Assembly: GCA_051362555.1 (NCBI GenBank) | Contig: CM120640.1 | Location: 1 to 64,000 of the forward strand | DNA length: 64,000 nt | DNA from: Lingula anatina | Lineage: Eukaryota > Animalia > Brachiopoda | Direction: 5' to 3' | Part shown: positions 1 through 12,375 of the stretch, piece after piece | Numbering within the stretch: position 1 is the first letter of the stretch | Layout: every line of letters starts with the position of its first letter | The notes under the pieces: model-generated | Told to the model about the DNA's origin: nothing | What the model saw: the letters and a program-made list of their open reading frames with translations, nothing else | The model's database searches: none | Position numbers and translations under genes: made by a program

Positions 1-526
1 ACCCTAACCCTAACCCTAACCCTAACCCTAACCCTAACCCTAACCCTAACCCTAACCCTAACCCTAACCCTAACCCTAACCCTAACCCTAACCCTAACCC
101 TAACCCTAACCCTAACCCTAACCCTAACCCTAACCCTAACCCTAACCCTAACCCTAACCCTAACCCTAACCCTAACCCTAACCCTAACCCTAACCCTAAC
201 CCTAACCCTAACCCTAACCCTAACCCTAACCCTAACCTAACCCTAACCCTAACCCTAACCCTAACCCTAACCCTAACCCTAACCCTAACCCTAACCCTAA
301 CCCTAACCCTAACCCTAACCCTAACCCTAACCCTAACCCTAACCCTAACCCTAACCCTAACCCTAACCCTAACCCTAACCCTAACCCTAACCCTAACCCT
401 AACCCTAACCCTAACCCTAACCCTAACCCTAACCCTAACCCTAACCCTAACCCTAACCCTAACCCTAACCCTAACCCTAACCCTAACCCTAACCCTAACC
501 CTAACCCTAACCCTAACCAACCCCCC

Positions 527-565
<39 letters not shown>

Positions 566-3500
566 CCCTAACCCTAACCCTAACCCTAACCCTAACCCTA
601 ACCCTAACCCTAACCCTAACCCTAACCCTAACCCTAACCCTAACCCTAACCCTAACCCTAACCCTAACCCTAACCCTAACCCTAACCCTAACCCTAACCC
701 TAACCCTAACCCTAACCCTAACCCTAACCCTAACCCTAACCCTAACCCTAACCCTAACCCTAACCCTAACCCTAACCCTAACCCTAACCCTAACCCTAAC
801 CCTAACCCTAACCCTAACCCTAACCCTAACCCTAACCCTAACCCTAACCCTAACCCTAACCCTAACCCTAACCCTAACCCTAACCCTAACCCTAACCCTA
901 ACCCTAACCCTAACCCTAACCCTAACCCTAACCCTAACCCTAACCCTAACCCTAACCCTAACCCTAACCCTAACCCTAACCCTAACCCTAACCCTAACCC
1001 TAACCCTAACCCTAACCCTAACCCTAACCCTAACCCTAACCCTAACCCTAACCCTAACCCTAACCCTAACCCTAACCCTAACCCTAACCCTAACCCTAAC
1101 CCTAACCCTAACCCTAACCCTAACCCTAACCCTAACCCTAACCCTAACCCTAACCCTAACCCTAACCCTAACCCTAACCCTAACCCTAACCCTAACCCTA
1201 ACCCTAACCCTAACCCTAACCCTAACCCTAACCCTAACCCTAACCCTAACCCTAACCCTAACCCTAACCCTAACCCTAACCCTAACCCTAACCCTAACCC
1301 TAACCCTAACCCTAACCCTAACCCTAACCCTAACCCTAACCCTAACCCTAACCCTAACCCTAACCCTAACCCTAACCCTAACCCTAACCCTAACCCTAAC
1401 CCTAACCCTAACCCTAACCCTAACCCTAACCCTAACCCTAACCCTAACCCTAACCCTAACCCTAACCCTAACCCTAACCCTAACCCTAACCCTAACCCTA
1501 ACCCTAACCCTAACCCTAACCCTAACCCTAACCCTAACCCTAACCCTAACCCTAACCCTAACCCTAACCCTAACCCTAACCCTAACCCTAACCCTAACCC
1601 TAACCCTAACCCTAACCCTAACCCTAACCCTAACCCTAACCCTAACCCTAACCCTAACCCTAACCCTAACCCTAACCCTAACCCTAACCCTAACCCTAAC
1701 CCTAACCCTAACCCTAACCCTAACCCTAACCCTAACCCTAACCCTAACCCTAACCCTAACCCTAACCCTAACCCTAACCCTAACCCTAACCCTAACCCTA
1801 ACCCTAACCCTAACCCTAACCCTAACCCTAACCCTAACCCTAACCCTAACCCTAACCCTAACCCTAACCCTAACCCTAACCCTAACCCTAACCCTAACCC
1901 TAACCCTAACCCTAACCCTAACCCTAACCCTAACCCTAACCCTAACCCTAACCCTAACCCTAACCCTAACCCTAACCCTAACCCTAACCCTAACCCTAAC
2001 CCTAACCCTAACCCTAACCCTAACCCTAACCCTAACCCTAACCCTAACCCTAACCCTAACCCTAACCCTAACCCTAACCCTAACCCTAACCCTAACCCTA
2101 ACCCTAACCCTAACCCTAACCCTAACCCTAACCCTAACCCTAACCCTAACCCTAACCCTAACCCTAACCCTAACCCTAACCCTAACCCTAACCCTAACCC
2201 TAACCCTAACCCTAACCCTAACCCTAACCCTAACCCTAACCCTAACCCTAACCCTAACCCTAACCCTAACCCTAACCCTAACCCTAACCCTAACCCTAAC
2301 CCTAACCCTAACCCTAACCCTAACCCTAACCCTAACCCTAACCCTAACCCTAACCCTAACCCTAACCCTAACCCTAACCCTAACCCTAACCCTAACCCTA
2401 ACCCTAACCCTAACCCTAACCCTAACCCTAACCCTAACCCTAACCCTAACCCTAACCCTAACCCTAACCCTAACCCTAACCCTAACCCTAACCCTAACCC
2501 TAACCCTAACCCTAACCCTAACCCTAACCCTAACCCTAACCCTAACCCTAACCCTAACCCTAACCCTAACCCTAACCCTAACCCTAACCCTAACCCTAAC
2601 CCTAACCCTAACCCTAACCCTAACCCTAACCCTAACCCTAACCCTAACCCTAACCCTAACCCTAACCCTAACCCTAACCCTAACCCTAACCCTAACCCTA
2701 ACCCTAACCCTAACCCTAACCCTAACCCTAACCCTAACCCTAACCCTAACCCTAACCCTAACCCTAACCCTAACCCTAACCCTAACCCTAACCCTAACCC
2801 TAACCCTAACCCTAACCCTAACCCTAACCCTAACCCTAACCCTAACCCTAACCCTAACCCTAACCCTAACCCTAACCCTAACCCTAACCCTAACCCTAAC
2901 CCTAACCCTAACCCTAACCCTAACCCTAACCCTAACCCTAACCCTAACCCTAACCCTAACCCTAACCCTAACCCTAACCCTAACCCTAACCCTAACCCTA
3001 ACCCTAACCCTAACCCTAACCCTAACCCTAACCCTAACCCTAACCCTAACCCTAACCCTAACCCTAACCCTAACCCTAACCCTAACCCTAACCCTAACCC
3101 TAACCCTAACCCTAACCCTAACCCTAACCCTAACCCTAACCCTAACCCTAACCCTAACCCTAACCCTAACCCTAACCCTAACCCTAACCCTAACCCTAAC
3201 CCTAACCCTAACCCTAACCCTAACCCTAACCCTAACCCTAACCCTAACCCTAACCCTAACCCTAACCCTAACCCTAACCCTAACCCTAACCCTAACCCTA
3301 ACCCTAACCCTAACCCTAACCCTAACCCTAACCCTAACCCTAACCCTAACCCTAACCCTAACCCTAACCCTAACCCTAACCCTAACCCTAACCCTAACCC
3401 TAACCCTAACCCTAACCCTAACCCTAACCCTAACCCTAACCCTAACCCTAACCCTAACCCTAACCCTAACCCTAACCCTAACCCTAACCCTAACCCTAAC

Positions 3501-6500
3501 CCTAACCCTAACCCTAACCCTAACCCTAACCCTAACCCTAACCCTAACCCTAACCCTAACCCTAACCCTAACCCTAACCCTAACCCTAACCCTAACCCTA
3601 ACCCTAACCCTAACCCTAACCCTAACCCTAACCCTAACCCTAACCCTAACCCTAACCCTAACCCTAACCCTAACCCTAACCCTAACCCTAACCCTAACCC
3701 TAACCCTAACCCTAACCCTAACCCTAACCCTAACCCTAACCCTAACCCTAACCCTAACCCTAACCCTAACCCTAACCCTAACCCTAACCCTAACCCTAAC
3801 CCTAACCCTAACCCTAACCCTAACCCTAACCCTAACCCTAACCCTAACCCTAACCCTAACCCTAACCCTAACCCTAACCCTAACCCTAACCCTAACCCTA
3901 ACCCTAACCCTAACCCTAACCCTAACCCTAACCCTAACCCTAACCCTAACCCTAACCCTAACCCTAACCCTAACCCTAACCCTAACCCTAACCCTAACCC
4001 TAACCCTAACCCTAACCCTAACCCTAACCCTAACCCTAACCCTAACCCTAACCCTAACCCTAACCCTAACCCTAACCCTAACCCTAACCCTAACCCTAAC
4101 CCTAACCCTAACCCTAACCCTAACCCTAACCCTAACCCTAACCCTAACCCTAACCCTAACCCTAACCCTAACCCTAACCCTAACCCTAACCCTAACCCTA
4201 ACCCTAACCCTAACCCTAACCCTAACCCTAACCCTAACCCTAACCCTAACCCTAACCCTAACCCTAACCCTAACCCTAACCCTAACCCTAACCCTAACCC
4301 TAACCCTAACCCTAACCCTAACCCTAACCCTAACCCTAACCCTAACCCTAACCCTAACCCTAACCCTAACCCTAACCCTAACCCTAACCCTAACCCTAAC
4401 CCTAACCCTAACCCTAACCCTAACCCTAACCCTAACCCTAACCCTAACCCTAACCCTAACCCTAACCCTAACCCTAACCCTAACCCTAACCCTAACCCTA
4501 ACCCTAACCCTAACCCTAACCCTAACCCTAACCCTAACCCTAACCCTAACCCTAACCCTAACCCTAACCCTAACCCTAACCCTAACCCTAACCCTAACCC
4601 TAACCCTAACCCTAACCCTAACCCTAACCCTAACCCTAACCCTAACCCTAACCCTAACCCTAACCCTAACCCTAACCCTAACCCTAACCCTAACCCTAAC
4701 CCTAACCCTAACCCTAACCCTAACCCTAACCCTAACCCTAACCCTAACCCTAACCCTAACCCTAACCCTAACCCTAACCCTAACCCTAACCCTAACCCTA
4801 ACCCTAACCCTAACCCTAACCCTAACCCTAACCCTAACCCTAACCCTAACCCTAACCCTAACCCTAACCCTAACCCTAACCCTAACCCTAACCCTAACCC
4901 TAACCCTAACCCTAACCCTAACCCTAACCCTAACCCTAACCCTAACCCTAACCCTAACCCTAACCCTAACCCTAACCCTAACCCTAACCCTAACCCTAAC
5001 CCTAACCCTAACCCTAACCCTAACCCTAACCCTAACCCTAACCCTAACCCTAACCCTAACCCTAACCCTAACCCTAACCCTAACCCTAACCCTAACCCTA
5101 ACCCTAACCCTAACCCTAACCCTAACCCTAACCCTAACCCTAACCCTAACCCTAACCCTAACCCTAACCCTAACCCTAACCCTAACCCTAACCCTAACCC
5201 TAACCCTAACCCTAACCCTAACCCTAACCCTAACCCTAACCCTAACCCTAACCCTAACCCTAACCCTAACCCTAACCCTAACCCTAACCCTAACCCTAAC
5301 CCTAACCCTAACCCTAACCCTAACCCTAACCCTAACCCTAACCCTAACCCTAACCCTAACCCTAACCCTAACCCTAACCCTAACCCTAACCCTAACCCTA
5401 ACCCTAACCCTAACCCTAACCCTAACCCTAACCCTAACCCTAACCCTAACCCTAACCCTAACCCTAACCCTAACCCTAACCCTAACCCTAACCCTAACCC
5501 TAACCCTAACCCTAACCCTAACCCTAACCCTAACCCTAACCCTAACCCTAACCCTAACCCTAACCCTAACCCTAACCCTAACCCTAACCCTAACCCTAAC
5601 CCTAACCCTAACCCTAACCCTAACCCTAACCCTAACCCTAACCCTAACCCTAACCCTAACCCTAACCCTAACCCTAACCCTAACCCTAACCCTAACCCTA
5701 ACCCTAACCCTAACCCTAACCCTAACCCTAACCCTAACCCTAACCCTAACCCTAACCCTAACCCTAACCCTAACCCTAACCCTAACCCTAACCCTAACCC
5801 TAACCCTAACCCTAACCCTAACCCTAACCCTAACCCTAACCCTAACCCTAACCCTAACCCTAACCCTAACCCTAACCCTAACCCTAACCCTAACCCTAAC
5901 CCTAACCCTAACCCTAACCCTAACCCTAACCCTAACCCTAACCCTAACCCTAACCCTAACCCTAACCCTAACCCTAACCCTAACCCTAACCCTAACCCTA
6001 ACCCTAACCCTAACCCTAACCCTAACCCTAACCCTAACCCTAACCCTAACCCTAACCCTAACCCTAACCCTAACCCTAACCCTAACCCTAACCCTAACCC
6101 TAACCCTAACCCTAACCCTAACCCTAACCCTAACCCTAACCCTAACCCTAACCCTAACCCTAACCCTAACCCTAACCCTAACCCTAACCCTAACCCTAAC
6201 CCTAACCCTAACCCTAACCCTAACCCTAACCCTAACCCTAACCCTAACCCTAACCCTAACCCTAACCCTAACCCTAACCCTAACCCTAACCCTAACCCTA
6301 ACCCTAACCCTAACCCTAACCCTAACCCTAACCCTAACCCTAACCCTAACCCTAACCCTAACCCTAACCCTAACCCTAACCCTAACCCTAACCCTAACCC
6401 TAACCCTAACCCTAACCCTAACCCTAACCCTAACCCTAACCCTAACCCTAACCCTAACCCTAACCCTAACCCTAACCCTAACCCTAACCCTAACCCTAAC

Positions 6501-8270
6501 CCTAACCCTAACCCTAACCCTAACCCTAACCCTAACCCTAACCCTAACCCTAACCCTAACCCTAACCCTAACCCTAACCCTAACCCTAACCCTAACCCTA
6601 ACCCTAACCCTAACCCTAACCCTAACCCTAACCCTAACCCTAACCCTAACCCTAACCCTAACCCTAACCCTAACCCTAACCCTAACCCTAACCCTAACCC
6701 TAACCCTAACCCTAACCCTAACCCTAACCCTAACCCTAACCCTAACCCTAACCCTAACCCTAACCCTAACCCTAACCCTAACCCTAACCCTAACCCTAAC
6801 CCTAACCCTAACCCTAACCCTAACCCTAACCCTAACCCTAACCCTAACCCTAACCCTAACCCTAACCCTAACCCTAACCCTAACCCTAACCCTAACCCTA
6901 ACCCTAACCCTAACCCTAACCCTAACCCTAACCCTAACCCTAACCCTAACCCTAACCCTAACCCTAACCCTAACCCTAACCCTAACCCTAACCCTAACCC
7001 TAACCCTAACCCTAACCCTAACCCTAACCCTAACCCTAACCCTAACCCTAACCCTAACCCTAACCCTAACCCTAACCCTAACCCTAACCCTAACCCTAAC
7101 CCTAACCCTAACCCTAACCCTAACCCTAACCCTAACCCTAACCCTAACCCTAACCCTAACCCTAACCCTAACCCTAACCCTAACCCTAACCCTAACCCTA
7201 ACCCTAACCCTAACCCTAACCCTAACCCTAACCCTAACCCTAACCCTAACCCTAACCCTAACCCTAACCCTAACCCTAACCCTAACCCTAACCCTAACCC
7301 TAACCCTAACCCTAACCCTAACCCTAACCCTAACCCTAACCCTAACCCTAACCCTAACCCTAACCCTAACCCTAACCCTAACCCTAACCCTAACCCTAAC
7401 CCTAACCCTAACCCTAACCCTAACCCTAACCCTAACCCTAACCCTAACCCTAACCCTAACCCTAACCCTAACCCTAACCCTAACCCTAACCCTAACCCTA
7501 ACCCTAACCCTAACCCTAACCCTAACCCTAACCCTAACCCTAACCCTAACCCTAACCCTAACCCTAACCCTAACCCTAACCCTAACCCTAACCCTAACCC
7601 TAACCCTAACCCTAACCCTAACCCTAACCCTAACCCTAACCCTAACCCTAACCCTAACCCTAACCCTAACCCTAACCCTAACCCTAACCCTAACCCTAAC
7701 CCTAACCCTAACCCTAACCCTAACCCTAACCCTAACCCTAACCCTAACCCTAACCCTAACCCTAACCCTAACCCTAACCCTAACCCTAACCCTAACCCTA
7801 ACCCTAACCCTAACCCTAACCCTAACCCTAACCCTAACCCTAACCCTAACCCTAACCCTAACCCTAACCCTAACCCTAACCCTAACCCTAACCCTAACCC
7901 TAACCCTAACCCTAACCCTAACCCTAACCCTAACCCTAACCCTAACCCTAACCCTAACCCTAACCCTAACCCTAACCCTAACCCTAACCCTAACCCTAAC
8001 CCTAACCCTAACCCTAACCCTAACCCTAACCCTGACCCTAACCCCTAACCCCTAACCCTGACCCTGACCCTGACCCTGACCCTGACCCTGACCCTGACCC
8101 TGACCCTGACCCTGACCCTGACCCTAACCTCTAACCCTAAACCCTAACCCTAACCCTAACCCTGACCCTGACCCTGACCCTGACCCTGACCCTGACCCTG
8201 ACCCTGACCCTAACCCTAACCCTAACCCTAACCCTAACCCTAACCCTAACCTCTAACCCTAACCCTAACC
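1..8270 (-). repeat. Telomeric repeat tract (TTAGGG)n, read as (CCCTAA)n on the + strand; left chromosome end
   Basis: About 8 kb of near-perfect CCCTAA from base 1, with a few irregular units near 232-240 and 517-547. A C-rich + strand is the expected orientation for a left end. Confidence 0.99.
8031..8260 (-). repeat. Proximal telomere variant repeats (CCCTGA = TCAGGG blocks, plus CCCCTAA, CCTCTAA, CCCTAAA)
   Basis: Two runs of CCCTGA (about 8056-8121 and 8160-8207) and single degenerate units are confined to the innermost ~240 bp of the tract. Confidence 0.95.
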
Positions 8271-8487
8271 GACCATTACCACAGATATTTAGATTGATCT
8301 TTCCCCTTGGGGAGTCTCAATAAATTGCTGACAGCTTAACCGGCTTAAATGTCTATCCTGCCTATTAAAAGCTGTAAGGGGTTAATTAACTTTTGAGTGT
8401 GCTCGGCTCCCGGAAGCTGACAGCAATTTAGAGTGAACCCCCAGGTCGATACAGATGGATCGATCTAAATCTGTGGGAACCCAGTCC
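8271..8487. mobile_element. Short imperfect palindromic element (MITE-like) directly abutting the telomere
   Basis: The left arm cacagatatttagattgatc...aaattgctgacagctt is the imperfect reverse complement of the right arm aagctgacagcaattt...gatcgatctaaatctgtg. Related arm sequences occur at about 38110-38203 and 40890-40953. Confidence 0.6.
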
Positions 8488-9344
8488 AATACTGTAGGTT
8501 TTTTGGATGATGGTGCAGATAATACTTTCATTTCTCAAAATTGGGGAAACACTAAAAGCAAAGAAGTTGTGGTAGAAATATCTGTTAGAAAATTGGGTTT
8601 ATTAATTCCTATTAAGGATGTACGTATAATTGTTCTAAACTACTAGTGAAACATTGTATATGAATTATGGTAGTATGTCACTGATGATGTTATATAAGTC
8701 TGCTTTTTTTATTACCTTCAGTTTAGTTACAGTATTAACATATTTCATAAGTTAAGATTTGTCAAGAAATGTGGTGTTTGAATAAATTAGTTTTTGAAGT
8801 GATATAATTAATTTAGTGTTGCAGTGATAAGTAATTACTGTATCTCTGCGCAGTGAACCCCAGACGTGATGGAATAAATAAGCTCACTAATCTGATCACT
8901 GCTCACTATGCCACTCAGGTGTATCGTTTGAATATGCTCACTCGTGTGACTAGGGCACATTCATCTTCACTCAGACCAGAGACACTCAGACCAGACTCAG
9001 ACCAGAGAGGGTGTAGCAGAAGTTTTCCTCTACACTTTTGTAAGTTTTATATTAATTTCATGTACTTATTTTATAAGGACTATTGTTTTATTTAAAAGGA
9101 ATATTGTAAGGAATTTTTTGTATTTTGTAAGGTAATTTTGTACTTTTTTAGTGACCAGCAGTACTACAGTACAATATGGTGCAGTGCAGTTTTAAAAATA
9201 AAGACACAAAATTCAATTGATTCGTAAAACCAAACCCAACACAATTATTCCCTTAGTCACTGTCTATTTGATATGGTCCACTTCATCAACGCTATGCACA
9301 ATGCTTACTTGACTGTGCATTATGAGTATTGCAATTGCCCTAGC

Positions 9345-11700
9345 TTATACTGCAGGAGGCTGGGGGGTTACAAAAGAGAAGAGACGTACCCAATTATTTG
9401 AAGCAAAAAGATAATTCAGTATATTGCCCTCAAGAGACTCAACTTATAGAAAATGACAAAAGTCAATTGAGGGGGGGGGGGGGGGGGCGAAATCCTCATT
9501 ATCCCAGAAAGATCGTGCTTTAGAGGTACTGCCATACTCTTCAATAACAACATTTAGTATAAAAGTTTAAGTGTTGCATGTGATAACATGAGTAATTGTA
9601 TGGTAGTTGATTTTCTCGTAGATGAAATTTATTCGTTATTTCTGATTAATGTATATGGACCAAATAGAAACAGCCCCGTTTTTTCTTTTTATTATTATTA
9701 TTATAGTTTTTTATTTATTTTCTTTTTTTTACAAATATCGCTGTTATATTATTGGAAACATCCAATGAGATTTCGATATATATACGGAAGCTTCAATTTA
9801 GTTCAAAACACCGAGTTACATTTTTATAACTACAATAAGGTAAACAATCCCAAAGTTAGACGTGATTTTACGCCTGAAAGAGAACTCTCAGTACTAGACT
9901 TATGGAGACTGCAACATCAAAACGTAGAGTAATACTCCTGGGTCCGGTTACACTAACGGGGCGTAAATTTACTCGGATACGACTGTCGTAAACCGCAACA
10001 TCTGGCGTCCGTGCACCAGGGCCCCGTCACTCGAAAGCATCGCGCACTGCGAATAGCGATATCACATAGAGGCTACAATGTATTATACTGGGCGAGTATG
10101 GGCGAGTTATGGAAGAGAGACGCTTGTGCTCGGTCGCAATGTGCGATGCTTTCGAATTACGGGACCCTGGGTTTACTCTCCCTGCTTACACCAAGACCAA
10201 ATAAAAAGAAACGATCGTATTAACTACGCCCGAGTAACGCTTCGTTGCATCACTGCCCAGCAAAACTGGATGGTATTATTGGGCAAATGAGGAGTTCGCA
10301 GCTGCAGTCATAATGGAATGATGACATAAATAAACACAAAATGAGCATTTCAGTGACAGAGAAATTCAGACATTCCATTTTGACTTAAAAATTAAAACGT
10401 TAAAATATGTTAACTTTGCTGTTGCCTTGGATGTATAGCAATAAATCGTAAATGTATTCCGGACCAATATATTATTATAGTATGATTAAAAAATTAAAAT
10501 CTTTGATTGATTGATTTGTTTGCTGCTGTTGAAAATGCGAAAAACGCTTGAATGCAGTACGTATTCCAGATAATGGATTTGAACACCTTCACATTTGTTA
10601 TTCAAACTTTTGAGTCTGAAAATATTGCCAAAATTGCACCTTTAACGCCAATATTGTTTTCTTTTTATAATTTTTAAACAGTGTCAACAATTTTATGACC
10701 TACTTATGTATAGTTACATCATGTGATATTATTTAAATTAAGCGAGCCTACATCTTGTAAAGAAATACAAGAGCCTTAATACATATTATATGAGCCTTAA
10801 AATGTTGATATTCTAAGCTTTCGCCTCTATGTTAATCCATCGTAAAATATGAATAATATAAAATGTGAAGAAAAAATGTATGTGTGTGTGTGTGTTTTAA
10901 AATCCAAGCCACTGCTCAGTTATAAAGGAGGAAGCTTTGTGGAAGAGACAAACAAATAACAACCCACATTTTCTACGTTAACTACGAGAATTGTCATCAA
11001 ACTCTCTCAGTACTAGCCTAACCATAGTGAAAAACGAGCTACGACCAACTTACACCACCTAGCTGACAGGCGTAAATTAACGACTATGTTAAGACCGACG
11101 TAAACACTATTCCAGTTTGGTGCAACTGTCGGGCGTAGCGTTTTGTGCTGGATTTACGCTGGCGCAACTGCTACGCGTAACTTACGACCGGTTGGTGCAA
11201 CCGGGTCCCGATTTCGTTGCAATCCAATCGAAAAGGCACACCTGGATTTTTTTCTTGATCTCTAGTGATTTAATGGCTCTGGTAGGTAAAGCACTAATGA
11301 CTCATGGCTATAGATATGGTCACTCGATACACCATATGGGCCTAGAAAGCACAGAGCGTAGGAAAAAAATTTTAGGGGCAAAAGTATCAGACGTACATAA
11401 CATAGCAAACTTAGCTTAGATTTTTCACCTGAACTTGATGAACAGCTATTACGTGTACTATTAAAACAAGAATGAGAGGAAATGCGGAAGGAATACATTG
11501 AAGATTTATTGCTAGAGCAAAAGATTAATGGGCTGAAGAAGGTGAAAACCCCACAAAATACATTTTATTTTGTGATTATAGAATAGAAATTTTAGAAATA
11601 AAACGGTTAAAAAATTAGTAAATAGTGATGGAAGCACTATTACTAATCAAGAACAAATACTAAATGAAATTTTAAGACATATTATTGTAGCCTGTATCCT
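9345..11700 (+). pseudogene. Degenerate L1/Tx1-type LINE relic (APE endonuclease region), split by a MITE
   Basis: Broken frames carry endonuclease motifs: YC.QET near 9422, LINVYGPN near 9643, YSW at 9933, then FFLISSDL and GYR.GHS after 11210. There are many stops and frameshifts. Confidence 0.6.
9940..11209. mobile_element. Non-autonomous TIR DNA element (possibly PIF/Harbinger-like) inserted in the LINE relic
   Basis: Ends gggtccggttacactaacgg and ccggttggtgcaaccgggtccc are imperfect inverted repeats. LINE coding motifs stop before the element and resume after it. Confidence 0.55.
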
Positions 11701-12375
11701 AACTGTGATAAGACCCTAACCCTACCCTCTACCATTTTGGTCTGAAGTCAGACCAAAATGACCATCTATCTATCTATCTAGAGACATATCTGTGAATATG
11801 TCAAAAAATCTATCAGTCGCCCTGGTAGAGGGTAATGATTGACCAGGTTTTGGTGCCTCTGCGGTCACTTAACCTAGCATTTTCAACTGAAATCATTATT
11901 ATAACAATTCAACTATTTCTTAAATGGTTATTAAGAATGGTAGAAATTTGGGTGCTTGGACCCAAAAAGGGTCCAGATTTTAGCTGGGAAACACGTTGAT
12001 GGGTTATAGTTTTTGAGACTGTGTCTAACTTTCTGAAAACTGGTATGAGAAAATGTGGCTGACTTTTGATACAGAAGTCAGCATATGGAACTCTTTGATT
12101 TTGAGTATCAAAACCCTGTTATCTGTAACTGTTCGACTTATTACATCGGTGAACATAGGGCACAAACTAGATCTTTAGCCAGATCTAACTAGTTCCATCC
12201 TCTGTAATCCGATCAGTGGATGATACATGTGAAACACGGCAGATGTGGCTCTAGAGGCTTGGTTATCTCCGCCTTCACGCTGCACACCCCCAGTATTATA
12301 GAATACAACCAGTTCTATAATATAGAATACAACCAGTTCCTCCGTGTGGAGTTGTCCACAGCAGAATAGTGCAAG

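Noticed and set aside
232-528. 98-aa Gly-Leu repeat ORF
   Set aside because: It is a translation of the telomeric repeat between two irregular units, not a gene.
9345-11735. Telomere-specific retrotransposon (SART/TRAS/TART-like), suggested by a LINE relic near the end and accctaaccctaccct at about 11713
   Set aside because: The relic is heavily decayed and not inserted in the telomeric tract, and the telomere-like match is only about two units.
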